From an uncultured virus (IMG/VR IMGVR_UViG_3300020037_001477) (Duplodnaviria; Heunggongvirae; Uroviricota; Caudoviricetes), in IMG/VR virus record IMGVR_UViG_3300020037_001477: 64,000 nt of DNA. The stretch is one strand, 5' to 3'. Shown here one piece after another: positions 18,588 to 28,995 of this stretch; position 1 is the first letter of the stretch, and each line of letters begins with the position of its first letter. The notes under the pieces were generated by a model. The model saw only the letters and a program-made list of their open reading frames with translations. It searched no databases and was not told the DNA's origin. Both the position numbers and the translations under genes were made by a program.

Positions 18588-19370
18588 ATGGCCAACAAGC
18601 CCAAGCCGGTCGACCCCTCGCCCCTCGAAAGCCTGAGCGAACCCGACACGCTTCAGCGTGTCTCTCCGCCGTCTCTTCCGGCCGCGCCGCCGGTCGTGCA
18701 GATCGCGGAGACAGCCCCCGAGACCGAAGTCATCGTGGTCGGTAAGGCCACGATCCCCGACTTCAGCAACCAACCCGAAGACCCGCCCGAGCCCCCGGCC
18801 CAGGAGCAGGTCATTCCCGGCGTCGAAGCGAAGGCCGGGCGCGTCCCGTTCGTCGCCCCCGAGAAACTCGACCGCAACGCGCCCCCGCCCGTTCTGGAAC
18901 CCGGTTCCGGCGGCGACGTGCTGGAGCCGGACGGCACGGTGCTGTTCATCTCGAAGGTGCCGGGCTTCCAGGTTCGCCTCGGTGTCGACGTGAAGGACTT
19001 GCACACCTTCAGCGGCAACAACGAACTCCGGGTCAAGCCTGACATCGCGAAGCGGCTGAAGATGCATCATCTCTACGAGATGGGGCACTTCTACTTGGCG
19101 TCGGAGGTCTTGCGCTCCGGTGACAAGTATCTCGTGATCAAGCGGGATGATCCGATGGCTGAAGAGCGCGCCGCCGGCAAGGTGCTCTTCTACTTCCCCG
19201 AGAAGCCGACGCTCAACGTCATGCTGCCCGGCGTGAAGCAGGCCAACGGCGGCTCGCAGACTGAGTACGTGCAGTTCAGCGATCACCGCGCCGCCGTCGA
19301 TCCGGCTGTGGCGGAAGTCCTGAAGCGCCACACGTTCTTTCGCGAGGGCCGCATCCGCGAGCTTGTTTAA
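18588..19370 (+). CDS. Hypothetical protein, Pro-rich N-terminus and two similar C-terminal modules
   Basis: GGAG SD before ATG 18588; good codon bias. Confidence 0.7.
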   Translation: MANKPKPVDPSPLESLSEPDTLQRVSPPSLPAAPPVVQIAETAPETEVIVVGKATIPDFSNQPEDPPEPPAQEQVIPGVEAKAGRVPFVAPEKLDRNAPPPVLEPGSGGDVLEPDGTVLFISKVPGFQVRLGVDVKDLHTFSGNNELRVKPDIAKRLKMHHLYEMGHFYLASEVLRSGDKYLVIKRDDPMAEERAAGKVLFYFPEKPTLNVMLPGVKQANGGSQTEYVQFSDHRAAVDPAVAEVLKRHTFFREGRIRELV

Positions 19371-19386
19371 CTGACGGGAGCGGCCA

Positions 19387-20067
19387 ATGGCCAACACGAG
19401 TTGGAACCCAGCAGATCATCCTAACGGGAGTTACTCCCCGATCCAGAGCCTCATTCGCGATGCTCTGCGTGATCTCGGAGAGACTGCGCCCGATAGCATT
19501 CTGCTGAATGACAGCAAGCGGTTCCTCAACTACGCCAACCGTGTTCTGCAAAACATCAACCGGCACCCCTACTACACCGCAATCGTGCGCGGGAAGATGG
19601 CGAGGGGTGTCGGGGCGATCACTGCCGGCGACACGCTGCTCACGCTGGCCAATTCCTCTTCCACGCTTGAGAACCCGCTGAAGGTCGGTACCCCGGTGCT
19701 CGTCACCGGGGCCGGCTCCAGCGGGGGAGATTTGATTACCAAGGTTGTCTCTGTCGACGACGCTGGTCTCAACAGCGGCCAGCTTCGTCTCTTCGACGAG
19801 GCGGAGACAACCGTGACCGACGCGGTCGTGCGTTCTCCATACGAGAGCGCGCTCAAGCTCTACGTGAACCTGACCGACATCCGCGCCATCGAAGACATGG
19901 TGATGGTGTCGGGCCTGAAGTATTTCATGGCGGTCGACGGCATTACCGCAGCAGAAGGGGAGAGCCTCAAGGCCTACTTGCCGCTTTTCCAGAGCGACGC
20001 GAACGGATGGCTCGCCGATCTGGTCGGGCTCATGTTCGAGCTTGAAGTCGAGACGCGAGACGCCTGA
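19387..20067 (+). CDS. Head-tail adaptor (tail tubular protein A-like)
   Basis: LIRDALRDLGE..LNYAN helical motif; position between capsid and nozzle genes. Confidence 0.6.
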   Translation: MANTSWNPADHPNGSYSPIQSLIRDALRDLGETAPDSILLNDSKRFLNYANRVLQNINRHPYYTAIVRGKMARGVGAITAGDTLLTLANSSSTLENPLKVGTPVLVTGAGSSGGDLITKVVSVDDAGLNSGQLRLFDEAETTVTDAVVRSPYESALKLYVNLTDIRAIEDMVMVSGLKYFMAVDGITAAEGESLKAYLPLFQSDANGWLADLVGLMFELEVETRDA

Positions 20068-21521
20068 TGGCGCGCAAGACGATCCCATACGAGCGCTTCA
20101 TCGGCCTGGACACCGTTGCCCAGGCCGAGAATATGTCTGAGCGCTACCTTGTTGCGCTGAAGAACGCGTATGTGGATTTCCGTGGCCAGATCGTGAAGAT
20201 GGGCGGGAAGGTGTCGCTGTCTCCGATTGGCAAGACGGTCGCGGTCGAGCACTTCGGTATGGACGATGCTGCGTTCGCCGTTGAAGCTGGCGGCGGAACG
20301 CGCATCGACGCCTACTCCCGCGCTGGCCTGAACTTTCCGAACGCGTTCACCGGAAGCCCGATCATCGACTTCACGCAGTTCGTCAACGGTATCTTCTTCA
20401 GCGTCACCGGACAGAACCCGCTTGTCTACAACGGCGCTGCGTTTGCGATCAGCGCAGTTACTCCGCAGGGCGGTGCCAACGCCACGATCTTCAAGCGTCT
20501 GTGCATCGCTGACGTGCCTGGGCATGAGACCGAGTTCTATGTCTCCAAGCTGGATGTCAACGACTTCGTTGTGGCCGGTATCGGCGCGAACGACGCGGCG
20601 ATCTTCAACATCGCCAACGAACTCACGGCCAAGGACAAGATCAAAGGCCTTGGTGTCGTCGAGGGCGATAAGCTCGCCGTGTTCTGCCAGAACGAAGTGT
20701 TGATGTATAAGGCCGACGCCGACATTGCGAATTGGGAAATCGTGCGCGACTTCCGCATTCCGTTCGGCGTGTTCGGTCGAAAGACCATCAAGCCTGTCGG
20801 AACTGACCTGTTCTTCTGTTCGCGTGTTGGGCTGCACTCGCTGCGCCGCGCGATCTCGGGCATCACGCTGGAGACCATCACGCTGTCGAGCGCGGTGCAT
20901 GGTCTGTTCGAGGACTTGGTCGAGAACGTGCCGTCAGGCAAAGAGCCAGCTTCGGTGTGGAACGCCAACATCGGGCAGTACAGCATCTTCTTTCCGACGT
21001 CCGATCCGCTGGTGACAGCCAAGCTCTCGTACACCTACGAGCCCGGCATCGGCAAGGGCGGGCACCGGTCCTGGTCGTATTCAAACGACAGCACCATCAT
21101 CGACGGGAGTTTCTTCGCGTCGCAGGAGTTGCTTGCGTCGATTGATCCGGCTGTTGGTCTGGCGGAGACAGAGGACGATTGGGACGAGGTCACGCAGCCT
21201 GTCGACATGCAGGTGTTGACCCCCATCCTGTGGCAAGGCGCGCCGGACAGGATCAAGCAGTATCACAAGTTTCTCCTGCGGGTGGCCGGCACTGCGCAGT
21301 TGACGATCAAGTTCTACAATGAGCTTGGGACGTTGCTGCAAACCGACACTGTCCAGCCGAACCCGCCCACCGTGTTCGATCCGTCCGTGCCGGCGGTTGC
21401 GCCGCATAGGCCGATCATTCTCGGGTGCAGGCACAGAGCGCGTGGCTTGCAGATCGAGTTCATCTGTGAGGGGAACGGATCGCTGAAGATTTTGGATTTC
21501 GCGCTGGAGGTATCCTACTAA
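20067..21521 (+). CDS. Tail nozzle / DNA stabilisation protein (P22 gp10 or T7 gp12-like)
   Basis: Beta-propeller-like sequence, N-terminal FIGLD..LKN, DLFFCSRVGLHSL; coupled to adaptor gene. Confidence 0.7.
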   Translation: MARKTIPYERFIGLDTVAQAENMSERYLVALKNAYVDFRGQIVKMGGKVSLSPIGKTVAVEHFGMDDAAFAVEAGGGTRIDAYSRAGLNFPNAFTGSPIIDFTQFVNGIFFSVTGQNPLVYNGAAFAISAVTPQGGANATIFKRLCIADVPGHETEFYVSKLDVNDFVVAGIGANDAAIFNIANELTAKDKIKGLGVVEGDKLAVFCQNEVLMYKADADIANWEIVRDFRIPFGVFGRKTIKPVGTDLFFCSRVGLHSLRRAISGITLETITLSSAVHGLFEDLVENVPSGKEPASVWNANIGQYSIFFPTSDPLVTAKLSYTYEPGIGKGGHRSWSYSNDSTIIDGSFFASQELLASIDPAVGLAETEDDWDEVTQPVDMQVLTPILWQGAPDRIKQYHKFLLRVAGTAQLTIKFYNELGTLLQTDTVQPNPPTVFDPSVPAVAPHRPIILGCRHRARGLQIEFICEGNGSLKILDFALEVSY

Positions 21522-23050
21522 TGTCCCGCTTGAACCAACTCCATGCGAACGACTACCCGTCTCAGACGAAGATCAACGCTGACTTCTCGCAGCTTTATTC
21601 CTACCTCGTTGCGTGCGAGCGTGGGAACTACTCGCTGCCCGAGTTGCTCGCCAAGATTTTCGATACTGGCGGGTCGATCAGCGACACGTTCATTGACCTG
21701 CGGTGGTCGAGCAATCAAATCCAGTTCCGTCTCGGTGGCGGTGCGTGGGAGAACCTCGGTGTCGGACTCGCTGAGCTTCAGGGTCCGGCCGGTCCCAGCG
21801 GAGCCGGCACCGGAGACATGACGCGTGCTGTCTACGATCCGAACAATGACAGCAAGATCGGCTACAACGAGATGTTGTTTGCCGACAATGAAATCCCGAC
21901 CATCAAGGTGAACGGGCTCGATGCGGCGCTATTGCTTCGCGCCAAGGCGGAGGTCAGCGCAGCGGCACCGGGGACGCCGTCGTACCCGCCGGCCGGGCCG
22001 GTGTCCCTGTGGCTCGACACGTCCAATCCGGCTGCCCCGGTTTGGAAATATTGGGATGGTGCCGCGTCCTGGCGCAACCTTGTCGACGTCGCGGCTGCCA
22101 CCGGGATCGAGGTAGTTACCGCCAGTCTGATTGCCGGGGAAAGCATCGCGTCTCGCGATCTCGTGACGTACTTCCCCGTCGACTACGTGAAGGACAATAC
22201 GTTCGCCAGCGGCGGCGCGGTCGTTGTCTCTGGCGGTGTTGGCGCGAACGCGTTCGACGGCAACACCGGAACGCAGTGCGATACGGCATCCACCACCGGC
22301 CATGTCGGCTATGATCGAGGCGCGGGCAACACCAAGCGTATCGGACAGGTGCGTGCGCTGTTCAACGCAGCGGTCAAGAACCACACCATCACCATCGAAT
22401 ATTCTCTCGATGCCGCTGCGTGGGTTGTGGCGGCTTCGTTCGCCAACGCCAACTACGACGGCACCAACTGGTCGACGTTCAACATTGTCGATCCGCCGCT
22501 CGCTCGTGCGTGGCGTTTGAAGTGCTCTGGCGGTGCGGACACGCTGATTGTGCGCGAGATCGTGTTCATGGAACTGATCGCCAAGAAAAAGCGCGTCTAC
22601 AAGGCAGGCAATGCGATCCGTGGCAGCATTGTCGGCGTCGCGCTGGAGAACGGCACGCTGGACAATCGCTTCAAGGTTCAGGTTGCGCCGGGCTTGATCA
22701 GCGGACTGTCGGGCCTGACGGCTGGTGAGACCGTGCATAGCACCACGGTCGCTGGATCGTTCGCTGTTGCTGCGTCCGGCCAGAGCTACCCGGTCGGTGA
22801 AGCGCGCAGCACGTCCGATCTGAACTTCATGCCGCAGCTTGACAACTGCCCTGTCGGCGGCTCGATCAAGTTCAGCGGGCCGGACGCCAACATCCCGCCG
22901 AACTACCTGAAGTGCGACGGGTCGTTCTACTCGCGTGTGCAGTTCCAGGAGACGCTGTACTCGAAGATCGGAACCACCGTCAGCGTGGGCGACGGTGTGA
23001 CTACGTTCGGTGTCCCCAACGATGCCGGCTTCATCATCAGGGCGTGGTAA
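21521..23050 (+). CDS. Tail fibre/spike with F5/8-like carbohydrate-binding domain and C-terminal tail-collar domain
   Basis: NAFDGNTGT..IEYSLD..ARAWRL; collar motif PVGGSI..PPNYLKCDG..LYSKIGT..GDGVTTFGVP. Confidence 0.75.
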   Translation: MSRLNQLHANDYPSQTKINADFSQLYSYLVACERGNYSLPELLAKIFDTGGSISDTFIDLRWSSNQIQFRLGGGAWENLGVGLAELQGPAGPSGAGTGDMTRAVYDPNNDSKIGYNEMLFADNEIPTIKVNGLDAALLLRAKAEVSAAAPGTPSYPPAGPVSLWLDTSNPAAPVWKYWDGAASWRNLVDVAAATGIEVVTASLIAGESIASRDLVTYFPVDYVKDNTFASGGAVVVSGGVGANAFDGNTGTQCDTASTTGHVGYDRGAGNTKRIGQVRALFNAAVKNHTITIEYSLDAAAWVVAASFANANYDGTNWSTFNIVDPPLARAWRLKCSGGADTLIVREIVFMELIAKKKRVYKAGNAIRGSIVGVALENGTLDNRFKVQVAPGLISGLSGLTAGETVHSTTVAGSFAVAASGQSYPVGEARSTSDLNFMPQLDNCPVGGSIKFSGPDANIPPNYLKCDGSFYSRVQFQETLYSKIGTTVSVGDGVTTFGVPNDAGFIIRAW

Positions 23051-23511
23051 TGAACCTTGCGCACCAAGAGGCCACCAAGGTTGGCCAGATTGCGGAGTTG
23101 ATGGCCGGTACCGAAAGGTACGGGAAGATCACCATCGCCGAGTTACTCCGCGTCGTCCTTCCTCCGTTGCGTCACGGGCAGTATGTCATGCTCTGGGGCA
23201 ACGATGGCAGGCTGCTTGGGTATGCATCTTGGGCGCTGTTCTCCCCCGAGATCGAGCGCGTGTTCAGGAACCGCGAGCGCAAGCTCCAGCATAGTGACTG
23301 GAACTCAGGGCGCATTATGTGGGTGCTCGACTTCGTCGCGCCTGGGCACGCGCTCGAACTCACCAAGCTGGTGCAGTTCACGATCAGCACGCGCTACCCG
23401 TTCGTCAAGGTCGGCAAGTTCCGACGTGGCACCATCGACGGCAAGACACGGCGCGAAGGCTACGTGCATCGCCTTGATCTGAAGAAAGAGGCTCGCCATG
23501 CATCCGTTTAA
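23050..23511 (+). CDS. hlyC: RTX toxin-activating lysine acyltransferase family protein (HlyC/TAAT-like)
   Basis: VLPPLRHGQY, GYASWALFSPEIE and DWNSGRIMWVLDFVAP match HlyC-family motifs; start overlaps the fibre stop (TAATG). Confidence 0.85.
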   Translation: MNLAHQEATKVGQIAELMAGTERYGKITIAELLRVVLPPLRHGQYVMLWGNDGRLLGYASWALFSPEIERVFRNRERKLQHSDWNSGRIMWVLDFVAPGHALELTKLVQFTISTRYPFVKVGKFRRGTIDGKTRREGYVHRLDLKKEARHASV

Positions 23512-26416
23512 GAGCATCTGGGAACGCCTGCTGCGCGACGGCGACAGCGGCGGGGACAACAGCGGAAACGCCGATGGGCCGAATGACCCCGGCGTTGATC
23601 CGATGGGCGGCAACCAGGGCGTCGGTGCCGGTGGCACGAACGCGTCCAATGCCGGCGCGGGTAACACTGGTGATACCGGCGGACAAGCGGAGGGGACCGA
23701 CACCGGCTCGCCGGCCAGCGAGAACGTCGGTGTCGAGGAAGCCTCGGCTGTCAGCACCGCGCCGTCCACCGCGCCGGGCACGACCGCGACCTCGAACGTC
23801 GGCACGACCACGGCCTCTACTGAAGACCAGAGCGTTGTCTCCCAGGAAGAGAACGCGACGATGTCGACGCAGTCGACGAACTCGAAGCAGGGCTTCTCCA
23901 ACGTGGCCACCGACGCCATGACGGAGCAGCAGGCTATCGCGCTTGGTGCCGTGCCTGGAACTACCCCCAGCATGAGCAACTCGGTTGCCGCCGTTGGTCA
24001 GGTCAATGTCGACCCGGCGACTAACACCATGAGCGTGACGGCCACGACGACGGAAGAGGCTGTCAACGCGCTGGCTGAGCAGCTTGGCGTCACGCCTGGA
24101 ACGGTGCAGGGCGTTCTTGACGGCAAGTCTCCGAACCTGAGCGGGCATGTGTCCACGGCCATCGGCATCGGGCCGGAAGCGATTTCTGGTGTGAGCGTGT
24201 CGGTGTCGGCAAAATCCGACACTACCGACATGGGCTCGACGTCAGGTACGCAAGGCGGGCAGGTGTCGGCGTCGGGGACGGGGACTACCGACGCCAACCA
24301 GAGCGCGACAACCTCGGACGCGGGACAGCAGACCTCGACGGCTGAGAGCCAGCAAGGCGGGCAAACTGCAACCGGCGACACGTCGTCGACAGACACCGCG
24401 TCGCAGGCCGGGACAACCGGCAACGCCGGCTCGACGTCCCCGACCGGGGCGACGGGAGAGCAGGGCGCGTTTGGTGGTACCGATACTGGTGAAGCTAGCC
24501 CCGGTGCTACAACCGGCACGCCAACCTCGCAGAGTTTCTCGCAGGTCGCCAGCCCGCAGTCGCAGCAGACCGGTGTGACGAGCTTGTCTGACGTGTTGGG
24601 CGCGATTGCAGGCGCGGTGAACCCGATTGGCTCGGCGCAAGCGCAGACCGTCGACCCCAACACTGGCGGCATCGGTGGCGGGCAGGGCCAGCAGGGCACC
24701 ACCGAAGAGGAAGAGCAGGAGAAGGCCAAGAAGGGCAAGGCCTTCGGCGGCGTCGCGCCCGCTCCCGGTGTGGTTGACGTCATGCCCGGCATCATGAACA
24801 CCCTCCGAGGGTTTCTTGGTGGCGCGCAGACCCCGTCGTCGGTTGGTATCAAGGGGGGCAACGCGGCGGCTGACGCTATCGACAAGGCTGTTGCCGAAGG
24901 CCTCGCGCAGTCGCGAGCGCGTGCGGCTACGATGCCCGCGCCTCCGCCGCTGCCCACGCTCGATCAGGTCAACGCCCCGGCGCTTACCGGCATGACCGGG
25001 TTCCGTGGTGTTGACGGTGAAGAGGGCGGCGTCCCCGGCGCGACGAAGGGGACCACCAAGGGCTTTGCAGGTGTCGCTCCCGCGCAGCCGCCCGCGCCGG
25101 CCATGCCTCCGAGGAACGGCCCGGCCCCCGCTGCGGACACCACTGCCCCGACCGCGCCTCGCGGTTCGCCGATGGGGCCTGTCGGTGTGTCGAAGGAACG
25201 CTCCGACGCGATCAAGTCGGAGATCGAGGCGCTTGTGTCTCCGCAGACGGTCGAGCAGATCATGAACAATCCGCCGGTTAAGAGCTACCCGGCGCTGCCG
25301 CCGTCGAAGCTGCCCGGCATCCTTGATCGCATGGGCAAGGGCCAGCCCGGCGTCATGAGCCAGAGTGGCGACGGCACGGGCGGGCCTAGCACGCCCGGCG
25401 CGAAGGGACAGGCCCCTGGTGTGCAGGGCCAGACCGTCAAGGGCGAGGAAGAGCCGACGCCTGTCTCTGTTGTCCCGAAGCTCCCGTCGTTCGGCGGCGT
25501 AGCCCAGGCTCCGACCGAGACGCCGCCCAGCGTGGTGCCGGCGCTGCCCCAGCTACCGTCGATCACGACGACGCAGCAGCCGACGCAGGAGACGATGCCT
25601 GCGGCTACCATCGACAAGAACGCTCCGCAGAGCTTCACGTCGGCGCTCGCCGCTGCGAACAAGACCATGACGGTCAAGGAAGGTATGCAGGCCATCGGAG
25701 CGCTGCGCGGACAGGCGGTCGCGACGCTGGGGAACCCGAACGCGACGCAGGAGGATGTCGAGGCAGCGAAGAGCTATCTCGACAAGACGAACTCCATCGC
25801 CAACCCTGGCGCGATGAACGTGACCGGTGTGTCTCCCAGCGTGCAGGCGAACCAGCAGAAGCAGGGCACTGCGGCGGCTATCGCTGGCAACCCGTCCATC
25901 GGGATGATCGACAAGGCCTTCACGGGTGCGATGGTCAACCCGGTGAGCCTGTCGACGCAGACCAACATCGCCGCGTCGGTCGCCAAGGTCGGCAGCATGT
26001 CGGGCATCCCCGGCATCTCGACCATGGCGTCTCTTGGTAGCCGCGCCGCCGCGAAGTGGGGCGGCTCGACGCAGGGTGCGACGCTGGGCCAGGAGGAAGC
26101 TGCGCCAAACACTCCTGGTGCGACCACGCCTTGGGGTGGGGACGACGGCTTCGGAGACACGCGCGGAGACAACTCCGGGTTCGGCCGGATCGCCGGGCTG
26201 TCCTCTGGCGCGCGGCTTGCGGACATGGGCCTGGGTGGGGTAAACTCCTTCGCAACCATCGGCTCTGATCCGCTGTTCGTGGCGCAGGATTATGGGCTGG
26301 CGGGCGACGCCTTCAGCACGCTGGGTTACTCGCTCCCAGGTGAGGTAGACGACCCGAGGATACCGGAAGCCGGTCGGCGCGTGACCAACGGCTTCCTGCT
26401 CCGTCGTGTCGCTTAG
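23498..26416 (+). CDS. Large low-complexity G/T/S/P/A-rich protein, putative internal virion (ejection) protein
   Basis: 972-aa ORF overlapping hlyC-like gene; first of four genes in the usual ejection-protein position. Confidence 0.6.
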   Translation: MHPFKSIWERLLRDGDSGGDNSGNADGPNDPGVDPMGGNQGVGAGGTNASNAGAGNTGDTGGQAEGTDTGSPASENVGVEEASAVSTAPSTAPGTTATSNVGTTTASTEDQSVVSQEENATMSTQSTNSKQGFSNVATDAMTEQQAIALGAVPGTTPSMSNSVAAVGQVNVDPATNTMSVTATTTEEAVNALAEQLGVTPGTVQGVLDGKSPNLSGHVSTAIGIGPEAISGVSVSVSAKSDTTDMGSTSGTQGGQVSASGTGTTDANQSATTSDAGQQTSTAESQQGGQTATGDTSSTDTASQAGTTGNAGSTSPTGATGEQGAFGGTDTGEASPGATTGTPTSQSFSQVASPQSQQTGVTSLSDVLGAIAGAVNPIGSAQAQTVDPNTGGIGGGQGQQGTTEEEEQEKAKKGKAFGGVAPAPGVVDVMPGIMNTLRGFLGGAQTPSSVGIKGGNAAADAIDKAVAEGLAQSRARAATMPAPPPLPTLDQVNAPALTGMTGFRGVDGEEGGVPGATKGTTKGFAGVAPAQPPAPAMPPRNGPAPAADTTAPTAPRGSPMGPVGVSKERSDAIKSEIEALVSPQTVEQIMNNPPVKSYPALPPSKLPGILDRMGKGQPGVMSQSGDGTGGPSTPGAKGQAPGVQGQTVKGEEEPTPVSVVPKLPSFGGVAQAPTETPPSVVPALPQLPSITTTQQPTQETMPAATIDKNAPQSFTSALAAANKTMTVKEGMQAIGALRGQAVATLGNPNATQEDVEAAKSYLDKTNSIANPGAMNVTGVSPSVQANQQKQGTAAAIAGNPSIGMIDKAFTGAMVNPVSLSTQTNIAASVAKVGSMSGIPGISTMASLGSRAAAKWGGSTQGATLGQEEAAPNTPGATTPWGGDDGFGDTRGDNSGFGRIAGLSSGARLADMGLGGVNSFATIGSDPLFVAQDYGLAGDAFSTLGYSLPGEVDDPRIPEAGRRVTNGFLLRRVA

Positions 26417-26427
26417 AGGGGGTCGTT

Positions 26428-27585
26428 ATGAGCATCTGGGGTAAGATCGGTGACGTCCTCACCAACCCGGCCTTCAAGATCGCCTCTGGCGTCTTTGGGC
26501 TGGGGGCCGGCACCGGAGCTTTCGGCGACACAGCAGCCAACATCGCTGGCGGTCTGAACCTCGCATCCGGCGCGGCCGGTGTCGCGAAGAACGGCCCGTC
26601 GTGGGACAACGTCCTTCAGCTTGGCCTAGGCGCGGCCGACGTCGGCGTAGGCACGGGGTTCCTGCCCAAGGTCAGCGAGAACCTGTTTGGCTCCGGTGGC
26701 AGCTTCGGCGGCATCGGCAGCGAGACCGTCAATGACACGATGATCGGCGGTGGTTACGAGGGAGAGGGCACCAAGCTCGACTTCGGCGGCGGCTCCGACG
26801 ATCTCGACGGTGGGGCCAAGGTCGACTTCAAGCCGGCCGGCGGCGGGGACAGCCCCTTCAAGCTGGAGACCACCATCGGCAACGGAGCACAGGCCCCAAG
26901 CTCGACAGGTGGGGCCGTGGGCAAGCCCGGCGGCGGGGACGGCACGTTCCTAGGCAATCTCCAAGCCGCGCTCAAGGCCAATCCTGTGCAGTCTGCGGGC
27001 ACGGGTCTGGCGCTGCTGGGTCTCCTGGCCCCCGACCAGCGCGGGGACGTCTACAGCCTCGCTACCGGCATGGCCAAGAACAGCGCCGCGCAGGCGGAGC
27101 GCGCGAACGCGGCTGCGCTCACGCGGTACCAGCAGGCCCAGACCGAGGCGGCTGCGGCGGCGTCGCTCGACAGCCCGCAGGCCAAGGGCTGGATCGACAA
27201 CTACACCACCGCCGCCAACACCGAACTCGACCGCCAGTATCAGGTGGCGTTGAGCGCCATGGATGCGCGGCACTCGCGTCGCGGCATCTCGGACAGTTCG
27301 GTCGCGGCGACGGAACGCACGCAGCTTGAAGCGAAATACGCCGAGGCCCGCGCCAGGATCATCTCGGATGCGCGCAACGAGTGGCTGAAGTACGCCACTG
27401 CGATGATCGGCAACTACAACGCCGCGCTCAAGCCGGGCGCGACCGAGGCCGAGTTGCTGGCCAATCAGGCGGCGCGTTCGGATCAGGCGGCGCGCCAGGG
27501 GTTGGTCACTGCGGCGGCGACGGCGGCTCCGAACACGTTCTCGCAGATCGGCAACACGCTCGGCAAGACGACGACCACGAGGTAG
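26428..27585 (+). CDS. Putative DNA ejection/pilot protein
   Basis: Gly-rich hydrophobic N-terminus, A/Q-rich helices, SRRGISDSS motif typical of podovirus ejection proteins. Confidence 0.65.
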   Translation: MSIWGKIGDVLTNPAFKIASGVFGLGAGTGAFGDTAANIAGGLNLASGAAGVAKNGPSWDNVLQLGLGAADVGVGTGFLPKVSENLFGSGGSFGGIGSETVNDTMIGGGYEGEGTKLDFGGGSDDLDGGAKVDFKPAGGGDSPFKLETTIGNGAQAPSSTGGAVGKPGGGDGTFLGNLQAALKANPVQSAGTGLALLGLLAPDQRGDVYSLATGMAKNSAAQAERANAAALTRYQQAQTEAAAAASLDSPQAKGWIDNYTTAANTELDRQYQVALSAMDARHSRRGISDSSVAATERTQLEAKYAEARARIISDARNEWLKYATAMIGNYNAALKPGATEAELLANQAARSDQAARQGLVTAAATAAPNTFSQIGNTLGKTTTTR

Positions 27586-27588
27586 ACC

Positions 27589-28989
27589 ATGGCTTCCTTC
27601 GGAGACATCGCTTCGAGGCTGTCGCAGTTCGGTGTCGGCGTCGCGGCCGGCGCGAACGAAGAGGAAGAGAAGCTCCGTCAGGAGAACCTCCAGCTTCTTC
27701 AGACCAGCGTCGAACTCGGCAAGGTTGGCATCGACCCGTCGAAGGTCGATCTCAGCGGCATCATCTCGTCGAACAACCTGACGGGCGCGCAGCAGGTTGC
27801 CGATCTGGCATCGAAGGACGGCATCTTCACGAAGTCCTACATCGACACGTCCGCGCGTGCTGATCGTCAGCTTACGGAAGCTGAGCGCTCGAACAAGGCG
27901 CGAGAAGCGTACCAGGATCGTGCGCTCACGCAGAACCAGAGCCAGTTCGACACGACCAACATCAACCAGAAGCGCCAGCTTGATCTGACCGAAAAGCAGA
28001 TCGAAGAGATGTCCAAGTACCGGATGTCGACGGTTGGGCTCCAGGGCGCGCAGCTTGCGGAAGCCACGCGCCACAATAAGGAGATCGAGCGGCTCCAGCA
28101 GGAGGCGCGTGATACTGCCAAGTCGCAGTATGACCGTCAGCAGAGCATCTACGAAGACACGCAGGGGCCGAACCGCATCCTCGGTGAGAAGGATCGCAGC
28201 GCGCTGATCCAGGAGACAGCGCTGTCTATCCTGTCTTCCAAGGCGGCGGAGGTCGGCATCGACAGCGACAAGCTCTACAAGAGTGGCAAGGACGGGAAGA
28301 CCACGCTGACCGATGAAGGGCGCACGCTGCTTTCGCGTGTTCAGGGCGTGTTGCTGGAAGAGGCCGGCAAGACCAACCGGTACACCGACCTCATGGGCGC
28401 GCTCGACGCCGCAGGCCAGCGTATCCAGTTGAGCCCCGGTGCTGGCTGGGCGAAGCCTTACGTCACCGTCACGCCGAAGGGTGTGGCGACGACGAGCCCC
28501 GCAGCGCAGGCAAGCTCGACCTATGTCGTGGGCCAGATCGGGTATCAGGCTGCGGTCGATCCGTCCGTGCTTTCCGATCCTGACAAGCTGGCGGGGCGCA
28601 TCGCCGACGCGCTGACGACGCGCGCCAAGCTGCTCAACATGGACCCAGGCGAACTCGCCAACGCCACGCTCGACCAGACGCTCCAGGGCTTGAAGGCCAC
28701 GCGCAAGGTCGACGTCACCAAGGATGCGGTGCTGGCGCGTCTCAACAGCCCGGCGCTCTCCGCGTCAGGGGCGTTCGTGCAGCGCGACATGAAGGTGTCG
28801 TTCGACGAAGAGCTTCAGAAGCTCGACCGGTTGTCGAAGCGCGGATACGGCGTGTTCGACCCGACGACCAGCCGATACTTGACTGACAGCGCCGAGGCGC
28901 TCAGCACACGATATCCTGCGTACTCGACCGCGCAGTGGAAGGCGTACCTCTACCAGCGGCAGGTTCCCCCCGCCAGCGCAGGAAGGTAA
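27589..28989 (+). CDS. Putative DNA ejection protein
   Basis: Helical Q/E/R-rich protein with EAERSN and EATRHN repeats; position. Confidence 0.65.
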   Translation: MASFGDIASRLSQFGVGVAAGANEEEEKLRQENLQLLQTSVELGKVGIDPSKVDLSGIISSNNLTGAQQVADLASKDGIFTKSYIDTSARADRQLTEAERSNKAREAYQDRALTQNQSQFDTTNINQKRQLDLTEKQIEEMSKYRMSTVGLQGAQLAEATRHNKEIERLQQEARDTAKSQYDRQQSIYEDTQGPNRILGEKDRSALIQETALSILSSKAAEVGIDSDKLYKSGKDGKTTLTDEGRTLLSRVQGVLLEEAGKTNRYTDLMGALDAAGQRIQLSPGAGWAKPYVTVTPKGVATTSPAAQASSTYVVGQIGYQAAVDPSVLSDPDKLAGRIADALTTRAKLLNMDPGELANATLDQTLQGLKATRKVDVTKDAVLARLNSPALSASGAFVQRDMKVSFDEELQKLDRLSKRGYGVFDPTTSRYLTDSAEALSTRYPAYSTAQWKAYLYQRQVPPASAGR

Positions 28990-28995
28990 TCCAGG

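Noticed and set aside
17253..19397. 714-aa minus-strand ORF opposite the capsid gene
   Set aside because: Antisense shadow of strongly biased genes.
23050..26416. Phage-borne RTX toxin operon
   Set aside because: No Ca-binding nonapeptide repeat arrays and no type I secretion genes.
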